64,000 bases of DNA from Acidimicrobiales bacterium. GTDB taxonomy: Bacteria > Actinomycetota > Acidimicrobiia > Acidimicrobiales > SZUA-35. Position 1 is the stretch's first letter; every line of letters starts with the position of its first letter. Shown here in pieces: positions 55,157-64,000 of the stretch. The stretch is taken from positions 33,321 to 97,320 of the forward strand of contig JABDIY010000025.1 in assembly GCA_013003535.1 (NCBI GenBank), in the 5' to 3' direction. The notes below the pieces were generated by a model that was not told the origin of the DNA, did no database searches, and worked only from the letters and a program-made list of their open reading frames with translations. The position numbers were made by a program, and so were the translations under genes.

Positions 55157-56434
55157 GTGGCAAGAATTGCCGTAATTGGAACTGGGTACGTAGGTCTTAC
55201 GACCGGTGCGTGTTTTGCCCACCTGGGCCACGACGTCATTTGTGCAGACATTGATGCGGACAAGATCGAACGGTTGAAGCGGGGGGAAATTCCCATCGTC
55301 GAAGAAGGACTCGGCCGAATTGTCAGCGAAGCGCTTGCAGCAGGCAAGATCAAGTTTGTCGTGGGTGCGGTGAACGCCAGCTCGTACGCCGAGTTCCACT
55401 ATCTGTGTGTGCCAACCCCCCAAGGTGAGGACGGCTCAGCTGACCTTCACTATCTCGAGGCGGCGGCCGAGGAGATCGGACCGTGCCTTCCCACCGATTC
55501 GGTGGTGGTTAACAAGTCCACTGTTCCGGTGGGGTCCACCGAAGTCGTTGCCATGCATCTCAAGCGTTCGGATGTTCAGGTGGTCTCCAACCCTGAGTTC
55601 CTCCGCGAAGGGACTGCAGTAAAGGACTTCCTCAACCCCGACCGTGTGGTCATCGGGGCCAGCGACCAAAAGGCCGCCATTCGAGTTGCGGCGCTGTACT
55701 CGCGGGTGCGGGCGCCCATCATGGTGACTGACCCGGTCTCAGCGGAGACCATCAAGTACGCCAGCAACGCATTCCTCGCCACCAAGCTGAGCTTCGTCAA
55801 CGCAATCGCCAACCTGTGCGAGCATGTGGGTGCCGACGTAAACGACGTGACATTGGGGATGGGCTACGACACCAGGATTGGCAAGGATTTCCTGCGCCCG
55901 GGACCTGGATGGGGTGGAAGTTGTTTTCCCAAGGACGTTGCTGCGCTGGCAAAAATCGCCGAAGACTACGGCTACGACTTCACTCTCTTGCGTGAAGTTC
56001 TGGCCGTAAACAACGCCCAGTTCGATCGGACCGCCCAGAAGGTTCTCCAGGCTCTTGGTGAGGATCTCAGCGAGAAGAAGGTGGCCGCCTGGGGTCTCTC
56101 GTTCAAAGCCGGCACCGATGACCTTCGTGAGTCTCCTGCTGTTGAAGTGCTGCAACGAGTGAGTGGCGCGGGAGCCCAGATCACCGCATATGACCCTGCA
56201 GTACCCAATGGCGTCAAGGAATTGCCACTGGTCGAAGTGGTTTCCGATCCCCTGATCGCCGCCAAGGACGCCGATGTTCTCGTGGTGCTCACCGAATGGC
56301 CGGAGTTCAAGTTTGTCGATTTCGATCAGTTGGCCGAACAGATGAGAGGCCGAGTCATCATCGATGCCCGAAATCTGCTGGATCGTTCGGTACTGCTTCG
56401 CCGTGGTTTCACCGTTATCGGTATCGGTCGCTGA
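55157..56434 (+). CDS. ugd: UDP-glucose 6-dehydrogenase
   Basis: (M)[13 protein letters not shown].., [10 protein letters not shown] with the catalytic Cys. The GTG at 55157 is better spaced from GAGGTG than the GTG at 55151. Confidence 0.9.
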   Translation: MARIAVIGTGYVGLTTGACFAHLGHDVICADIDADKIERLKRGEIPIVEEGLGRIVSEALAAGKIKFVVGAVNASSYAEFHYLCVPTPQGEDGSADLHYLEAAAEEIGPCLPTDSVVVNKSTVPVGSTEVVAMHLKRSDVQVVSNPEFLREGTAVKDFLNPDRVVIGASDQKAAIRVAALYSRVRAPIMVTDPVSAETIKYASNAFLATKLSFVNAIANLCEHVGADVNDVTLGMGYDTRIGKDFLRPGPGWGGSCFPKDVAALAKIAEDYGYDFTLLREVLAVNNAQFDRTAQKVLQALGEDLSEKKVAAWGLSFKAGTDDLRESPAVEVLQRVSGAGAQITAYDPAVPNGVKELPLVEVVSDPLIAAKDADVLVVLTEWPEFKFVDFDQLAEQMRGRVIIDARNLLDRSVLLRRGFTVIGIGR

Positions 56435-56438
56435 ACCC

Positions 56439-57377
56439 GTGGCCCGCATTGTCGTAACCGGAGGCGCCGGCTTCCTCGGCTCCAACCTTGTTCGAGCGCT
56501 TCTCGATCGGGGCGACGAGGTCGTCGTCTTGGACAACCTTTTAACCGGTTCCGAATCCAATATCGAAGAGCTTTTCAGCCACCAGCACTTTACGTTCAAA
56601 AAGCATGACGTCTCCAACCACATCTGGGTGCCCGGCCCGGTCGATGCCGTCATGCACCTGGCCTCTCCTGCATCTCCGGTTGACTTCGAGCGCATCCCGA
56701 TTCAGATTCTCGAAGTTGGTTCACTCGGTACACTCAACTGTCTCGGTCTGGCCCGCGAAAAGGGTGCCAAGTTCTTCCTCAACTCCACCAGCGAGGTGTA
56801 TGGAGATCCACTGGTTCACCCCCAGCCCGAGACCTACTGGGGAAACGTGAACCCCAATGGGCCCCGCAGCGTGTATGACGAAGCGAAGCGATTTGCCGAG
56901 GCTCTCACACTGGCCTACCACCGTCATCATGGCGTCGATGTTCGCATCGTGCGGACGTTCAATACCTACGGGCCGTTGATGCGTCCCGACGACGGGCGCG
57001 TAGTGAGCAACTTCATCACCCAGGCGCTGCGCGGTGAACCGTTGACCGTGTATGGCGACGGCACCCAGACCCGTAGCTTTTGCTACGTAACCGATCAGAT
57101 CGATGGCCAGTTGGCGCTGCTCGACTCCGATTATGTTCTGCCGGTCAACATCGGGAACGACAAGGAGTTCACCATGCTGGAATTGGCCGAACACGTAGTG
57201 GCCATAACCAACTCCTCCGGCGGGGTGGTGCACGAGCCGTTGCCCAAGGATGACCCGATGCAGCGTCGTCCCGATCTCGACGTTGCCAATCGCGAACTCG
57301 GCTGGTCCCCGAAGGTCCCTCTTCGGGAAGGCTTGGAAAAAACGACCGCCTACTTCGCCACCGTCCTCGGCCTGTAA
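56439..57377 (+). CDS. UDP-glucuronate decarboxylase (UDP-xylose synthase)
   Basis: The GTG at 56439 lies just after the ugd stop. [25 protein letters not shown] and [21 protein letters not shown] are UXS hallmarks. Confidence 0.8.
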   Translation: MARIVVTGGAGFLGSNLVRALLDRGDEVVVLDNLLTGSESNIEELFSHQHFTFKKHDVSNHIWVPGPVDAVMHLASPASPVDFERIPIQILEVGSLGTLNCLGLAREKGAKFFLNSTSEVYGDPLVHPQPETYWGNVNPNGPRSVYDEAKRFAEALTLAYHRHHGVDVRIVRTFNTYGPLMRPDDGRVVSNFITQALRGEPLTVYGDGTQTRSFCYVTDQIDGQLALLDSDYVLPVNIGNDKEFTMLELAEHVVAITNSSGGVVHEPLPKDDPMQRRPDLDVANRELGWSPKVPLREGLEKTTAYFATVLGL

Positions 57378-57425
57378 CGGCGGGCTTTCCCGCGGCGGGA
57401 CGGCAGTGTAATAGGGTGGGAGCCA

Positions 57426-58541
57426 ATGAGGGTCGCCGTCATTGTTGAGCAGTTCTGGCACCCGGTCCCCGGTGGAACGGGCCGGGCCACTCACAAGACC
57501 ATCAGGGCACTTCAGCGAGCGGGTGGTGTGGAGTTGGTTGGTATAGCGGCCCGGCATGGAGACCAGGGAAGCGGCCCCGATGCTGACAGCCACGATCTTA
57601 CGATCCCAGTTGTGCAGAGCCGGCTGCCTCGCCCATTGCTCTATGAGGGCTGGTTGCGCCTGGGACGGCCCCGGACAACCCGGCTGGCGGAACCTCTCGA
57701 TGTCGTGTGGGCGTCGGCCATGGTCCCCCCACCAGCTTCGTCAGTGCCGATGGTCTCCACCGTGCATGATCTCGAATTCTTGGACCATCCCGAATGGAAC
57801 TCGGCCCGAGGTCGAACGTTCTTTCCGCGGGCTTTCGCCGCCACCATGAAGAGATCGCAGATCATCGTGACCCCATCGCAACACGTTGCTGATCGTTGCG
57901 TTCGGGCCGGTATTCCGGCGGACCGACTCCGCGTTGTTCCGTGGGGGGTATCGAAGTCTCGGGTGCACCGGAGGGAGGTGGACGAGGTCCGTGCCAACTA
58001 TGACCTGCCGGATCGGTTCGTCTTGTGGGTGGGGACGCTAGAACCCCGCAAGAACCTCGCCGGATTAGTTCAGGCGATGGCCACCGTTGATGCGCCGCTC
58101 GTTGTAGTTGGCCCAGACGGCTGGGCCTCCGACGGTACAGACATTCTCCGTCCACTCGGCGACCGCTGCCACAGGCTTGGGCGAGTCTCGGATAGAGATC
58201 TGCACCTCCTGTATGCGGCTGCGAGCGTTTTCGCCTTTCCCTCCCACGCAGAAGGCTTCGGACTGCCGGTGCTCGAGGCGATGGCGCAGGGCACACCGGT
58301 GGTCACGTCGTCGGGAACCGCTACGGCTGAGGCGGCCGGCGGTGCTGCGCTCTTGGTGAATCCGGCCGACCCTGAAGCGATCGCAGCCGCCCTCAACGAG
58401 GTTCTGCAAAAGACATCGTTGGCCGAGGAACTACGGGTGAAGGGATTGGCGAGGGCAAGCGAGATGTCTTGGGACCGAACGGCGGTCGGATACCTCGAAG
58501 CTTTTCGTTCCGCTCACAATCGAAGGGGCTCCAGGGATTGA
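57426..58541 (+). CDS. GT4-family (GT-B fold) glycosyltransferase
   Basis: ..LEPRKN.., FPSHAEGFGLPVLEAMAQGTPVV carries the EX7E-type motif. Confidence 0.85.
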   Translation: MRVAVIVEQFWHPVPGGTGRATHKTIRALQRAGGVELVGIAARHGDQGSGPDADSHDLTIPVVQSRLPRPLLYEGWLRLGRPRTTRLAEPLDVVWASAMVPPPASSVPMVSTVHDLEFLDHPEWNSARGRTFFPRAFAATMKRSQIIVTPSQHVADRCVRAGIPADRLRVVPWGVSKSRVHRREVDEVRANYDLPDRFVLWVGTLEPRKNLAGLVQAMATVDAPLVVVGPDGWASDGTDILRPLGDRCHRLGRVSDRDLHLLYAAASVFAFPSHAEGFGLPVLEAMAQGTPVVTSSGTATAEAAGGAALLVNPADPEAIAAALNEVLQKTSLAEELRVKGLARASEMSWDRTAVGYLEAFRSAHNRRGSRD

Positions 58542-59635
58542 TGGAGTCCATTGGAATCAACCTGTTATGGCTTGAACCCGGGGTTGTTGGCGGAAGCGAG
58601 AATTACACACTAAGTCTGCTTCGGGCAGTTCATGACCTGGATCCACTGGACCTGGAACTGGTGGTGTATGGCCCGCGGTCCATTTTGGATCACCACCCCG
58701 ATATCGGGCATCGGTTCGAGTTTGTGGTGGCGCCCAACCTGCCTGCCAAACGATTGGGTCGCGTTGCGGCCGAACATACCTGGCTGTCCCGGCATACCGG
58801 TCGTCACAACCTGATGCACTATGCCGGTGGGGTACTTCCAAAAGGTGCTCCGGCGCAATCGATCCTTACGATCCTCGATCTCCAACCCCTCGACATGCCG
58901 CAGAACTTTGGCCGGATGAAACGCAGTTGGCTCGGCCAGATGATTCCGCGTTCGGTCGATGACGCCAAGCTCATCACCGTCCCCAGCATGTTCACGGCTC
59001 AACGTTTGGAAGAGCTCCTCGGTGTGCCCCAGGAGGTGATCCGTGTGGTGCCGTTCGGGGTTCGGGCAGCGTCCACAGTCCAAACTCCCATCGGGGAGAA
59101 GCCGGTTGTCCTGTATCCGGCCATCGCCTACGCCCACAAGCGGCATTGCGACCTGATCGATGCCTTTGTAAAGGTGCGGGCGGCCGTACCGGATGCTCGA
59201 CTGGTCTTGACCGGAGGACCCGGCCCGCTGACCGACACCGTTCAAGAGCAGATCGTTTCGTGCGGTCTTGGGGAGTTTGTGGAGATCACCGGCTGGGTTT
59301 CAGAACCGGAAATGCAGGAGTGGTACAGCAACGCCGCGGTGCTGGCGTTTCCCTCCGAATACGAGGGGTTCGGTTTGCCTGTTTTGGAGGCCATGAACCA
59401 CAGCACTCCGGTTGTTGTTGCGGACGCTGGTTCGTTGCCCGAGATCGCTGGTCCCGCGGCCACGGTAGTTCCGGTGCGGGACCCGGACGCTCTGGCTCGC
59501 GCGATCGTTGGCATCCTCATCAACGGTGAGAAAGCCGCGTCGATGGCAGTCGACGGTGCTGCCTGGGCATCCCGCTTTACTTGGAGGAGGGCAGGGGAGG
59601 CGCTGATTTCCGCCTATCGTGACGCCCTTGTCTGA
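58541..59635 (+). CDS. GT4-family glycosyltransferase
   Basis: The ATG lies at 58541 (TGATG junction). FPSEYEGFGLPVLEAMNHSTPVV is present. Confidence 0.8.
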   Translation: MESIGINLLWLEPGVVGGSENYTLSLLRAVHDLDPLDLELVVYGPRSILDHHPDIGHRFEFVVAPNLPAKRLGRVAAEHTWLSRHTGRHNLMHYAGGVLPKGAPAQSILTILDLQPLDMPQNFGRMKRSWLGQMIPRSVDDAKLITVPSMFTAQRLEELLGVPQEVIRVVPFGVRAASTVQTPIGEKPVVLYPAIAYAHKRHCDLIDAFVKVRAAVPDARLVLTGGPGPLTDTVQEQIVSCGLGEFVEITGWVSEPEMQEWYSNAAVLAFPSEYEGFGLPVLEAMNHSTPVVVADAGSLPEIAGPAATVVPVRDPDALARAIVGILINGEKAASMAVDGAAWASRFTWRRAGEALISAYRDALV

Positions 59636-60884
59636 AGACCTTCCGCCGTTTCGAATCCTCGTTCTGTGCCCCCACTTCGATCCGGACCTTCATGCGGCCA
59701 CGGGTGAAGTGATGACCCGCCTTGTGGATTCCTTGGCAGCTCAGGGTCACACGATCGATGTGGTCACATCACTCCCGTGGTATCGAGATCACAGTGTGGA
59801 ACAGGGCTGGCGAGGTCGGCCGGTCAGGGCCGAGTCCACCAGCTTCGGTTCGATCACCCGAGTCTGGCCATTTCCCACGGACAAGGGAAGCATCATCTCG
59901 CGCGGTCTCGCTTTCGTTGCCCAGACCGCGCTTTCCTTGGCAGTATCGGTCTTCAAGAAGTCGCCGGACGTTGTGATTGCAATGTCGCCACCGATCTTTT
60001 TCGGTAGTGCGGCCCGCATTTTGGCTCGCCGGTTCAGGGTGCCCTTCATATTCAATGTGCAGGACATCTTCCCTGACGTTGCTGTGGATTTGGGGATGTT
60101 GAGCAATTCTCAGGTCATCGCTGCGGCGAGACGACTGGAGCGGTCCCTCTATTCCAGTGCCGATGTTGTAACGGTTCTTTCCCAAGACCAGGCGGAGAAC
60201 GTGCGGAGGAAACTGCCAACCGAGGTCGACCCCGACCAACGGGTTCGCATCATTCCCAACTTTGTAGATACGGTCCGGGTTCAGGTAGTGGATCGGCAGA
60301 CCCAGTACCGAAGGGATCATGCGCTCGAGGACAAGACAGTTGTCATGTACTCAGGGAACGTGGGGTTCAGCCAGAGCTTCTCGCTGGTTCAAGCGGCCGC
60401 CCAGCACTTTCTGGATCGACCCGAGCTGGTGTTTGTGATCAATGGGGAGGGCGCCGCCAGAGCCGCAGTTGAAGAGTGGGCCGCCCCGCTTTCCAATGTT
60501 CTCGTTACCGACTTTGCGCCCCGGGAAGCGGTTTCCGACGTCCTCGGATCGGCCGACCTGCATCTCATTCTTCTCCGGAAGGGCCTCGCCAAGAGCAGCA
60601 CCCCCAGCAAGCTCTACGGAATCATGGCGGCCGGCCGACCCGTACTGGCCTCGATCGATGTCGACAGCGATGCCGACCGGATCATCCGCTCCGCCGGAGC
60701 CGGCTTGGCTGTTCCTCCCGATGACCCCCATCGCTTCGTGGAGGCATTGGAAGCAATGGTGGCCAGCCCAGGGGAGTTGCGGGCCATGGGAGAACGAGCC
60801 CACGCCTATCTACGGCACCTGTACACACCTGACCAGCAGGCTGAGGCGTACGGACTACTGATAGCAGAACTGTGCTCGCGGTAG
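59619..60884 (+). CDS. GT4-family glycosyltransferase (WcaI-like)
   Basis: ..FRILVLCPHFDPD.., NVQDIFPD and SKLYGIMAAGRPVLA are typical of WcaI-type enzymes. The exact start is uncertain. Confidence 0.8.
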   Translation: MTPLSEDLPPFRILVLCPHFDPDLHAATGEVMTRLVDSLAAQGHTIDVVTSLPWYRDHSVEQGWRGRPVRAESTSFGSITRVWPFPTDKGSIISRGLAFVAQTALSLAVSVFKKSPDVVIAMSPPIFFGSAARILARRFRVPFIFNVQDIFPDVAVDLGMLSNSQVIAAARRLERSLYSSADVVTVLSQDQAENVRRKLPTEVDPDQRVRIIPNFVDTVRVQVVDRQTQYRRDHALEDKTVVMYSGNVGFSQSFSLVQAAAQHFLDRPELVFVINGEGAARAAVEEWAAPLSNVLVTDFAPREAVSDVLGSADLHLILLRKGLAKSSTPSKLYGIMAAGRPVLASIDVDSDADRIIRSAGAGLAVPPDDPHRFVEALEAMVASPGELRAMGERAHAYLRHLYTPDQQAEAYGLLIAELCSR

Positions 60885-60919
60885 CCTGAAGGTTTCACTA
60901 TCGTCCTAAGGGTCTCATA

Positions 60920-61921
60920 ATGCGCGCAGTAGTACTGGTTGGCGGTTTTGGAACACGCCTTCGTCCCCTCACACTTTCCACCCCAAAGCAGATGTTGCCG
61001 GTCAACGGAGTCACCATGCTGGAGCGAGTGATCGCCAATCTGGGCCGACACGGCGTGACGGAGGTGGTGCTGGCCCTCGGCTATCTCCCCCAGGTGTTCC
61101 AGGAGGCGTATCCCACTGGAGAAATCGCCGGCGTGAAACTGCACTATGCCGTGGAGTCCGAGCCGCTCGACACTGGTGGGGCTATCGGGTTCGCGGCGCG
61201 TGAAGCGGGGTTCACCGATCAAACGTTCATCGCTCTCAATGGCGACGTGATCAACGATCTCAACGTTTCGCAGCTAGTGGACCAGCACAAGACCTTTGGA
61301 GGCGAGGGCACGATTCATCTCACTCCTGTGGAGGATCCGTCACGCTTTGGCGTGGTTCCGATCGATGCCGACGGTCGAGTGGAGGCCTTCATCGAAAAGC
61401 CCCCTGCGGGCGAGGCCCCGACGAACTGGATCAATGCCGGAACCTACGTGCTGGAACCGTCGGTCCTGGATCGCCTACCCGAGGGACAGAAGATCAGTCT
61501 CGAACGAGCCGTCTTCCCCGACATGGTGGCTGCCGGTCAACTATTCGCAGTTCAACAGGCGGGCTACTGGGTGGATGCCGGAACACCGGAAAGCTATCTC
61601 AAGGTGGCACTGGATCTCGTGAACGGCGTTCGGTCCTCTGAACCCGCCATAGCAGCCGATGCTCTCATCGCCGACGACGCCTCGGTCACCAACTCCATCG
61701 TTGGCTTTGGGGCCCAGGTGGAGTCGGGAGCGATCATCGACGGATCGATGATCCAAAGTGGGGCGCGGATCGGAAGCGGTGCCCGAGTAGTCAATTCGAT
61801 CGTTGGCCCAAATGCGCTCATCGGGTCCGGTGCTGAACTGCTCGATCTCACCGTGGTCGGCGATTCGTTCACGGTCGAACCTGGTACCACCCACTTTGCG
61901 GAGAAACTCCCGGCCGAATAA
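60920..61921 (+). CDS. NDP-sugar pyrophosphorylase (mannose-1-phosphate guanylyltransferase-like) with a C-terminal left-handed beta-helix
   Basis: MRAVVLVGGFGTRLRPLTLSTPKQMLP is the nucleotidyltransferase signature. Hexapeptide-like repeats lie in the C-terminal third. Confidence 0.85.
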   Translation: MRAVVLVGGFGTRLRPLTLSTPKQMLPVNGVTMLERVIANLGRHGVTEVVLALGYLPQVFQEAYPTGEIAGVKLHYAVESEPLDTGGAIGFAAREAGFTDQTFIALNGDVINDLNVSQLVDQHKTFGGEGTIHLTPVEDPSRFGVVPIDADGRVEAFIEKPPAGEAPTNWINAGTYVLEPSVLDRLPEGQKISLERAVFPDMVAAGQLFAVQQAGYWVDAGTPESYLKVALDLVNGVRSSEPAIAADALIADDASVTNSIVGFGAQVESGAIIDGSMIQSGARIGSGARVVNSIVGPNALIGSGAELLDLTVVGDSFTVEPGTTHFAEKLPAE

Positions 61922-62009
61922 CAGGTCTGCCGTTTTGCAGTCTCGGGACCCATTTTGCATAGTTGGGGGCCCTTTTGCAGTTCCGGGGACCGTCAAGAAC
62001 AATCGAAGG

Positions 62010-62798
62010 ATGAACTTCGAGACGATCACCTACGGTGTTGCTGACAATGTTGCTTCTCTTCGGCTGAACAATCCCTCCGGGGCAAACGCCGTGACACCAT
62101 TGTTCTCCTCCGAACTGCGAGCCGCGATGCTGGAGGCTCATGTAGACGACATGGTCCGGGCCGTATGCGTTACAGCCGAAGGGAAGGTGTTTTGCGCGGG
62201 CGGGGATTTGAAGTTGTTCGCCGGCGAGGGGGCGAACGTTGGCCGGGTGGCGTCGGACATGTTGACCGATTACCACGGTGCTCTGTATCGAATGAATGCG
62301 ATGCCAAAACCGGTGGTTGCCGGCATCGGCGGCACGGCCGGCGGAGCGGGAATGTCACTCATGGCGGCCTTTGACCTCGTGGTCGCTTCGGAAAACGCAA
62401 AGTTCATCATGGCCTACACCAACGCCGGCGTGACGCCCGACGGCACCAGCACGTATTTTCTGGCCCGTCACGTTGGGGTTCGGCGGGCCCTTGATCTGGT
62501 TCTGAACAACAGGATGTTGACGGCCAGCGAAGCCGAGGAGTGGGGTTTGGTGAACCGGGTCGTTCCGCCCGGCGAAGCCGACGCAGCTGCGCTGGAGATG
62601 GCCAAGAAGCTGGCGGCCGGCCCCGGTTTCGCTCTCGGGCAGGCCAAGAAACTCGTGTACCAAGGTTTCGACTCGACGCTGCCCGAAGCCGGCGAGCGCG
62701 AAGCTGAGGTGTTCCTGGCGGCCAGCACTCATCCGGACGGGCTGGAGGGCATAGCCGCATTCGCTTCGAAGCGAGCGCCGGTATTCAACCAGGGTTAA
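62010..62798 (+). CDS. Enoyl-CoA hydratase/isomerase (crotonase) family protein
   Basis: The ATG at 62010 follows GAAGGA. ..FCAGGDLK.., GGTAGGAGMSL and the C-terminal ..EGIAAFASKRAP are present. Confidence 0.85.
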   Translation: MNFETITYGVADNVASLRLNNPSGANAVTPLFSSELRAAMLEAHVDDMVRAVCVTAEGKVFCAGGDLKLFAGEGANVGRVASDMLTDYHGALYRMNAMPKPVVAGIGGTAGGAGMSLMAAFDLVVASENAKFIMAYTNAGVTPDGTSTYFLARHVGVRRALDLVLNNRMLTASEAEEWGLVNRVVPPGEADAAALEMAKKLAAGPGFALGQAKKLVYQGFDSTLPEAGEREAEVFLAASTHPDGLEGIAAFASKRAPVFNQG

Positions 62799-62808
62799 TA
62801 TCGCCGGT

Positions 62809-64000
62809 ATGGCTTCCGCCCCGCCCGACGTAGTCGGCGTTGCTGTGCCGGCCGATCACCACGGTCGGCGGTCCACATCTGCATTCGCCAAGACCGTGCT
62901 ATCTGAAGCGATCGGTAATGCTGATCCCGCCGCGGCCGCCGCCGTCCGAGAGCAAGCTGATTGGCGAGCCAACTATCACCGGCACTTCGTGGCCGCGGCG
63001 GAAGCGGGGATCAGCAGTCCTGCGAACGCCAGGCAGATTGCCGAACGAGGTCTGGACACAGTCCATGACCTGGTCCGCTTCGTCCGTGATGATCGAGACG
63101 AGCCCCTGTCCCAGGTGCTCCGCGGCCGAGCAACCGGTCGACCATTCGACACCAAGGTCGTTGCCGCAACTGCGGGATCAGCGCCGCAGTACACCGTTCC
63201 GTACAAGGGGCTGAACTTGCGTGGAGCCGACCTCCGTCGGCAGTTGGAAACCTGGGTGGGGAGCGGCGTGATCGAGGTGAGCGCCGCCAGTGCGGTGGAG
63301 GAGGTTCTGGATTCCCCTGACTGGCTCGACCTCTCCGACATCACCGTCGTAGTCATGGGTGCCGGTGCCGAATTGGGACCATACCCCGCCCTCATGGGAC
63401 TAGGGGCCACGGTGGCCGCTGTGGATCTCCCGCTTCCCGAAGTCTGGAAGCGGCTTAGCGCGCGATCGGGCCAACGAAGCAGACTCCTTTATCCCTCACG
63501 CCAGGGCGTGCCGGGGGCCGACCTTTGTGTGGATCTCCCCGAGGTTCGAGACTGGATCAATACGATCGAGGGACCGCTCGTACTCGGGGGCTATGCGTAT
63601 GCCGACGGCGAAGCCCACCTCCGGGTCTCTGTTGCCCAGGACGCCATAATCGCAGATGCGATAGCTCGGCGGCCCGCGGGACATGTCAGCGTGGCCCATC
63701 TTCTCACCCCCACCGATGCTTACGCAGTGTCCGAGGCCACCGCCGAAGCATCCCGGCGGGCATGGGAGGAGCGTCCACTGCCGCTGCGGGCGGTGCAAGG
63801 AACACTCCGCAAGTTATCCGGGGATCGATTGTTCGAAGCGGCCATCACAGACTGGATCGATGGCAAGGACGGCTACCGGGCCGCCGTGTTCGACACGCTG
63901 GTCTCTCAGCAGGGACCAAACTACGCTCTGGCCAAACGCATTCAGGAGTGGCGAGCAGTGTCGGCGAGGGCCAACGGCATGCGGGTATCCGCCAACGTCA
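62809..64000 (+). CDS. Conserved hypothetical protein, 3-prime end beyond the window
   Basis: It is not in the track because no stop lies in the window. Hand translation from the ATG at 62809 stays open to 64000 (MASAPPDVVGVAV.. with a Rossmann-like VVVMGAGAELGP). The family is not recognised. Confidence 0.55.
   Translation, partial: MASAPPDVVGVAVPADHHGRRSTSAFAKTVLSEAIGNADPAAAAAVREQADWRANYHRHFVAAAEAGISSPANARQIAERGLDTVHDLVRFVRDDRDEPLSQVLRGRATGRPFDTKVVAATAGSAPQYTVPYKGLNLRGADLRRQLETWVGSGVIEVSAASAVEEVLDSPDWLDLSDITVVVMGAGAELGPYPALMGLGATVAAVDLPLPEVWKRLSARSGQRSRLLYPSRQGVPGADLCVDLPEVRDWINTIEGPLVLGGYAYADGEAHLRVSVAQDAIIADAIARRPAGHVSVAHLLTPTDAYAVSEATAEASRRAWEERPLPLRAVQGTLRKLSGDRLFEAAITDWIDGKDGYRAAVFDTLVSQQGPNYALAKRIQEWRAVSARANGMRVSANV

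Noticed and set aside
1-64000. Search for CRISPR arrays, rRNA genes, intact IS or prophage genes, integrases and known defence-system hallmarks (Cas, CBASS, retron RT, restriction-modification).
   Set aside because: I found no regularly spaced repeats, no rRNA-like sequence, no tyrosine or serine recombinase, and no reverse transcriptase or nuclease-helicase defence gene sets in any frame I read. Only the elements listed above are supported.

Overview
This is a high-GC, actinobacterial-type chromosomal segment, judged from gene content, codon bias and 4-nt start/stop overlaps. No database search was possible, and all calls come from reading the six-frame track and hand-translating the sequence. 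I support about 70 protein genes, 2 tRNAs and several repeats and palindromes. Layout: (i) 1-4699 holds an ECF sigma factor translationally coupled (GTGA overlap) to a protein of more than 1346 codons combining a Ser/Thr kinase, a STAND NTPase, a TM helix and WD40 repeats. That gene runs off the window edge and is missing from the ORF track. (ii) 7.9-16.9 kb is a decayed accessory region next to tRNA-Lys/tRNA-His. It carries three type II toxin-antitoxin pairs and several transposase remnants, and a roughly 5.5-kb segment is bracketed by imperfect direct repeats of about 290 bp that include the 3-prime half of tRNA-Lys. (iii) 17-20.7 kb holds an MFS transporter coupled to a membrane desaturase-Rieske fusion. 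(iv) 20.7-28.1 kb is an unusual envelope cluster with two paralogous divergent flippases, a nucleotidyltransferase-2H phosphoesterase fusion, a methyltransferase-like/kinase-like fusion, a JmjC/cupin protein and a FemAB/CelD-like GNAT. (v) 28151-28630 is a thioredoxin-fold redoxin with an in-frame UGA at the first Cys of the CxxC motif (W-U-P-Y-C), followed directly by a SECIS-like hairpin. It is either a candidate selenoprotein or a pseudogene. (vi) The rest is core metabolism: an actinobacterial leucine-catabolism operon, a two-component system, a homoprotocatechuate meta-cleavage cluster, and an LCP-linked glycopolymer cluster with a UDP-xylose route. (vii) A 218-nt rod-like structured element lies between convergent genes at 51395-51612. 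I saw no rRNA, CRISPR array or intact mobile element. Start codons are best guesses, and functional names are family-level inferences from motifs.
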